A DNA stretch of 43,023 nucleotides from a candidate division WOR-3 bacterium (GTDB lineage: Bacteria > Hydrothermota > Hydrothermia > LBFQ01 > DSFT01). The stretch's first letter is position 1. Each line of letters opens with the position of its first letter. A model generated the notes under the pieces. It worked only from the letters and a program-made list of their open reading frames with translations. It was not told the origin of the DNA and did not search any database. The translations under genes and the position numbers were made by a program. This document shows positions 38,358-43,023 of the stretch, piece after piece. The stretch is from positions 1 through 43,023 of the forward strand of contig JALSOK010000066.1 of assembly GCA_026986535.1 (NCBI GenBank). Direction: 5' to 3'.

Positions 38358-38589
38358 AACTGAAGGCCACCTCTATGGCCGATTTCCAGTCGTATCCTTC
38401 CTCCACCAGATGTCTTACATGAAGGACTCTGCTCATCAGAACTCCAGGGGATTCCCCCTCCACGAAGTGCTCCAGAATGAAGCCCAGGATATGCTCATAA
38501 AAGTCAAGGGCCTCATCGTCTGACATGGAATCGGTAAAGCCCTCATCCTCGAAAAGGGCTTCCATGATTCTGGAAAGTTCCGGTGTCAT
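38332..38589 (-). CDS. Small acidic hypothetical protein (85 aa)
   Basis: Fills the operon gap between the M23 and PLD genes and overlaps the PLD start. Confidence 0.65.
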   Translation of the reverse strand: MTPELSRIMEALFEDEGFTDSMSDDEALDFYEHILGFILEHFVEGESPGVLMSRVLHVRHLVEEGYDWKSAIEVAFSYGKTEDQV

Positions 38590-38595
38590 GGGCTA

Positions 38596-39477
38596 TCAAT
38601 CGTAAACCACTTCTCCGAGAATGATGAACCTCTTCGGATTCATCGGAACGCCGTCTTTCATGACCTCATAGTGGAGATGGGGACCGGTGGAGCGTCCGGA
38701 ATTTCCAACCCGCGCAATCATATCACCCCTCTGAACCCTCTGCCCCACCCTGACAAGACTCTCGGACAGATGGGCATACCGGGTGATGTATCTGTCTCCA
38801 TGCTTGATTTCGACGGTAAGTCCGTATCCATTCCTGATTCCCACGAAGGTCACAATTCCATCGGCAGGAGCATATACCGGAGTTCCAATGGGCGCTGAGA
38901 TATCCAGACCCTCGTGAAACTTGATCCTTCCGGTAAACGGATCCCTCCGGTACCCGAATCCCGATGTCATATAACCATAGGAGGGCAGTATCGAGGGGGT
39001 GTATTTGAGCTCTTCCTGCTTCTGGCGCAGGAGCTTCTTCAGGTTCTGCAGGTCCCTGTATTCCATCCGCACGAGGTTCTTTATGGCGTATAGTTCATTC
39101 TTCAGCGTATCCCTGTCTATATAACCTCCCATTCCCATGTACTTCACATCTTCGGGAACTTCGGGCAGTCCCATGGCAAGACGCAGTTGATTATTGATCT
39201 CGAACATACTGTCCATCCGTGCCCTGAGGAAAGCGATCTCCCTGCCCAGGTGCTCCATCTTTTCCCTGAGGGAGCGGTTCTCCGACCTCAGAGATGAATT
39301 TTCCACCCTGAGAAGGGACCACCTGAGTATTCCCGAAAAGGAAAGGAGAACTCCAGCCAGTATAAAACCCGAGAAAATGGAAAATAGAATAAACCCCTTC
39401 CAGGTTATCACGAACTCCCTATCGACACCGGAGCCGTTGTAGATTCTGATGCGAAATAATTCTTTCTTTCTCGGCAT
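38596..39477 (-). CDS. M23 family peptidoglycan metallopeptidase
   Basis: TM plus coiled coil; HEGLD, YAHL, GRSTGPHLHYEV. The start is probably MPRKK at 39477. Confidence 0.92.
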   Translation of the reverse strand: MPRKKELFRIRIYNGSGVDREFVITWKGFILFSIFSGFILAGVLLSFSGILRWSLLRVENSSLRSENRSLREKMEHLGREIAFLRARMDSMFEINNQLRLAMGLPEVPEDVKYMGMGGYIDRDTLKNELYAIKNLVRMEYRDLQNLKKLLRQKQEELKYTPSILPSYGYMTSGFGYRRDPFTGRIKFHEGLDISAPIGTPVYAPADGIVTFVGIRNGYGLTVEIKHGDRYITRYAHLSESLVRVGQRVQRGDMIARVGNSGRSTGPHLHYEVMKDGVPMNPKRFIILGEVVYD

Positions 39478-39498
39478 CTGAACATCCAAATTTTAAAG

Positions 39499-39520
39499 GC
39501 GGGGGGAACCACACCCCCGC
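39499..39520 (-). terminator. groEL terminator hairpin abutting the M23 gene -10 box
   Basis: GCGGGGG-gaaccaca-CCCCCGC; the minus strand continues CTTTAAAATTT. Confidence 0.65.
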
Positions 39521-39541
39521 ATCCCCATGGAAGATTTCAGT

Positions 39542-41188
<1,647 letters not shown>

Positions 41189-41479
41189 TTACTCTTCGAC
41201 TACTCCAAGTATTTCATCTTCCCTCATGATGAGGTACTTCTTATCCTCTATCTCCACTTCGGTTCCGGCGTACTTGGAGAAGATCACCACATCGCCTTCC
41301 TTCACATCTACGGGTATGACCTTTCCATCCTCCGTCTTCCTGCCGGGCCCAACAGCGATGACCTTACCCTTCTGGGGCTTTTCCTTTGCGGTATCCGGAA
41401 TTATGATTCCGCCCTTCTTCACTTCCTCTTCCTCTATCCTTTCGACCACAACCCTGTCGGCAAGAGGTCTTATCTTCAT
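41189..41479 (-). CDS. groES: Co-chaperonin GroES
   Basis: [27 protein letters not shown]; SD AGGAGG. Confidence 0.99.
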   Translation of the reverse strand: MKIRPLADRVVVERIEEEEVKKGGIIIPDTAKEKPQKGKVIAVGPGRKTEDGKVIPVDVKEGDVVIFSKYAGTEVEIEDKKYLIMREDEILGVVEE

Positions 41480-41520
41480 GGCTTCACCTCCTGTTTTGGA
41501 GTACCTCCGATTGCCCTAAA

Positions 41521-41550
41521 ATTTTAAAGGGAGGTTAACTTTTTATGCAA
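41521..41550 (-). promoter_or_regulatory. Sigma70-type promoter of groESL
   Basis: Minus strand TTGCAT-N18-TAAAAT. Confidence 0.6.
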
Positions 41551-41649
41551 CATGTTAAGTTCCGAAACCCGGGCCGCAATGAAAACGCCATGATCCCCAT
41601 GGATTTGCCCGCAGGACTCATGCTTCTCCAGATTCGTTTTCCAGAGCGG

Positions 41650-41678
41650 AATTTTACAATTCGCCCCATTGTAAAATT
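41650..41678. repeat. Perfect 11-bp inverted repeat containing back-to-back TAAAAT boxes
   Basis: AATTTTACAAT-tcgcccc-ATTGTAAAATT. Confidence 0.85.
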
Positions 41679-41684
41679 TGAAAC

Positions 41685-42182
41685 ATGCCGCTGAGTGCCC
41701 TCATCATATCCCAGATTCAGCTCCAGCCGGTGGAGCCACCCGGAAGCCCTGGACCCGAAAGGGCGTCCGGCACTGCAATGGAGTCTCCATCCCGCTCCCC
41801 CTCGAGATTCCCCCTGTTCCAGGGAGGGGAAAAGCTGAACCACATGATAGACAGCCTCATCAGGATGGGCTTTCACCCCGTGAGGAGCAACGATTACGCA
41901 GTGGGAAGTCTCCAGTGGAGGATAGACATGTCCGCAAAGGGCTACAGGGTGCAGGAATATAGAGCGCAGGGCGTGAGGGAAGTAGTGCAGAGTCTCGATA
42001 TGGAGACCGGAAGGAAGGAGCTCATAAGCACGGACCCGATGGACATATCCCTCATTGTGGTCCGGGACACGGGGAACAGCATAGTGGAAGCCTACCTGAT
42101 ACGCAGAATCCTGCACCGCTACAGGACCGGAGAAACCGGAACGACCACCATAATCGAGAAGTTCGTCAGGAATCCGGATTGA
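41685..42182 (+). CDS. Hypothetical, probably exported protein
   Basis: TAAAAT 7 nt upstream, short hydrophobic N-terminus, Pro/Ser linker, genome-typical codons. Confidence 0.7.
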   Translation: MPLSALIISQIQLQPVEPPGSPGPERASGTAMESPSRSPSRFPLFQGGEKLNHMIDSLIRMGFHPVRSNDYAVGSLQWRIDMSAKGYRVQEYRAQGVREVVQSLDMETGRKELISTDPMDISLIVVRDTGNSIVEAYLIRRILHRYRTGETGTTTIIEKFVRNPD

Positions 42183-42183
42183 A

Positions 42184-42202
42184 GAGGGGAACACCTCCCC
42201 TC
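42184..42202. terminator. Hairpin between convergent genes
   Basis: GAGGGGA-acacc-TCCCCTC. Confidence 0.55.
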
Positions 42203-43023
42203 AGTCGCAAACCGAATATCCACAGCTCAGACAGTAAGTGGAGCAGTTGGCTATCATCTTGGCTTTCCCCCCTTTGATGAGGGTCCTGTTTCCGCATACC
42301 GGACAGATCTCCGCATCCGTCAGAAGGTCCTTCATCTGCTCGGATCCCAAATCCAGATTTACCTGTATGGAAGGGGACTTCTCTCCGGTTCCTCTGGAAG
42401 CACCCGGAGTTCCAGCGACAGGAGAAATCTCCCCGATGTTTCCCTGCTCATCGACGAATGTGAAGGTCAGATTGGTAAGCTCCCCCCGTGCATCGAAGTT
42501 TCCATTCTTCACCCCATCGAGGAAGAGCTTCAGGGCCAGACCCAGGACAGCGGGCTCCGAAGGAATATAGTAGCCCCTGTACATGTAGCCCTGCCCCTGA
42601 ATTTCCTTGACCTTGAAGAGGTTCTCCACTATGAACCTGGGATCATCGCCGGTTACAGAAGTTCTGCGAAGGACCGCAGAAATCATCATGGCGAGGGCGG
42701 TGCTCCATTCCAGTCCCACCATATCGGAGCTGTGGGCGAATATCTCGAAGGGCCTCCCCTCCTCATCCTCATTCACAGTCACATACCACTTCCTGCCCTT
42801 GTACTTAATCTTGTATGTAACCCCCTTCACGGCAAAGGGCCTCGCCTTCTTCACAGGCCGGGCGGGCTGGAGGGGCTCCGCCTCCCTGGAAACCTCCTCT
42901 TCCTTCTTCTCCTCTTTCTCCTTATCAGCTATTAGGACCCCTTCTCTCGACCCTTCCCTGTATATGGTGATGCCCTTCGTTCCTTCCTTCCAGGCCATAA
43001 AGTACAGCTCCTTCACCGTATCC
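42201..43023 (-). CDS. nrdJ: C-terminal part of a class II (B12-dependent) ribonucleotide reductase with TSCPD and Zn-ribbon regions, truncated by the window edge
   Basis: AWKEGTKGITIYREGSR, YVTVNEDEEGRPFEIF, terminal CPVCG...CLSCGYSVC. Confidence 0.88.
   Translation of the reverse strand, partial: DTVKELYFMAWKEGTKGITIYREGSREGVLIADKEKEEKKEEEVSREAEPLQPARPVKKARPFAVKGVTYKIKYKGRKWYVTVNEDEEGRPFEIFAHSSDMVGLEWSTALAMMISAVLRRTSVTGDDPRFIVENLFKVKEIQGQGYMYRGYYIPSEPAVLGLALKLFLDGVKNGNFDARGELTNLTFTFVDEQGNIGEISPVAGTPGASRGTGEKSPSIQVNLDLGSEQMKDLLTDAEICPVCGNRTLIKGGKAKMIANCSTYCLSCGYSVCD

Noticed and set aside
41535-42194. 219-aa minus-strand ORF upstream of groES
   Set aside because: Antisense to the 41685..42182 gene, which has the -10 box and more typical codons; it also runs through the promoter region.

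Overview
Gene-dense, roughly 50-55% GC (eyeballed) chromosomal segment of a diderm bacterium, made up mostly of housekeeping genes. Recognisable genes are lepB, trmB, wbaP-galE, fadD, priA, glyA, korAB, uvrA, hppA-pth-rplY-prs, ccmAB, recA, dcd, groES-groEL and the 3' end of nrdJ, plus four tRNAs (Val-TAC, Val-CAC, Ala-TGC, Ala-CGC), none with an encoded CCA. A T9SS-like C-terminal tail, DUF4476 and PUR/DUF3276 proteins and a long TrmB suggest a thermophilic FCB-related lineage such as WOR-3 (inference). I found no CRISPR array, transposase, integrase or defence system. The most interesting signals are architectural: (1) a recurrent TANNNT -10 box 6-9 nt before many ATGs, implying widespread leaderless expression and correcting several starts; (2) ultra-short signal-like N-termini with no basic residues, often ending in SQ; (3) a PriA with no Walker A motif; (4) a DapF-fold enzyme with rewritten substrate motifs; (5) a galE that apparently starts at ATT; (6) a frameshifted acyltransferase; (7) an AT-rich orphan carbamoyltransferase.
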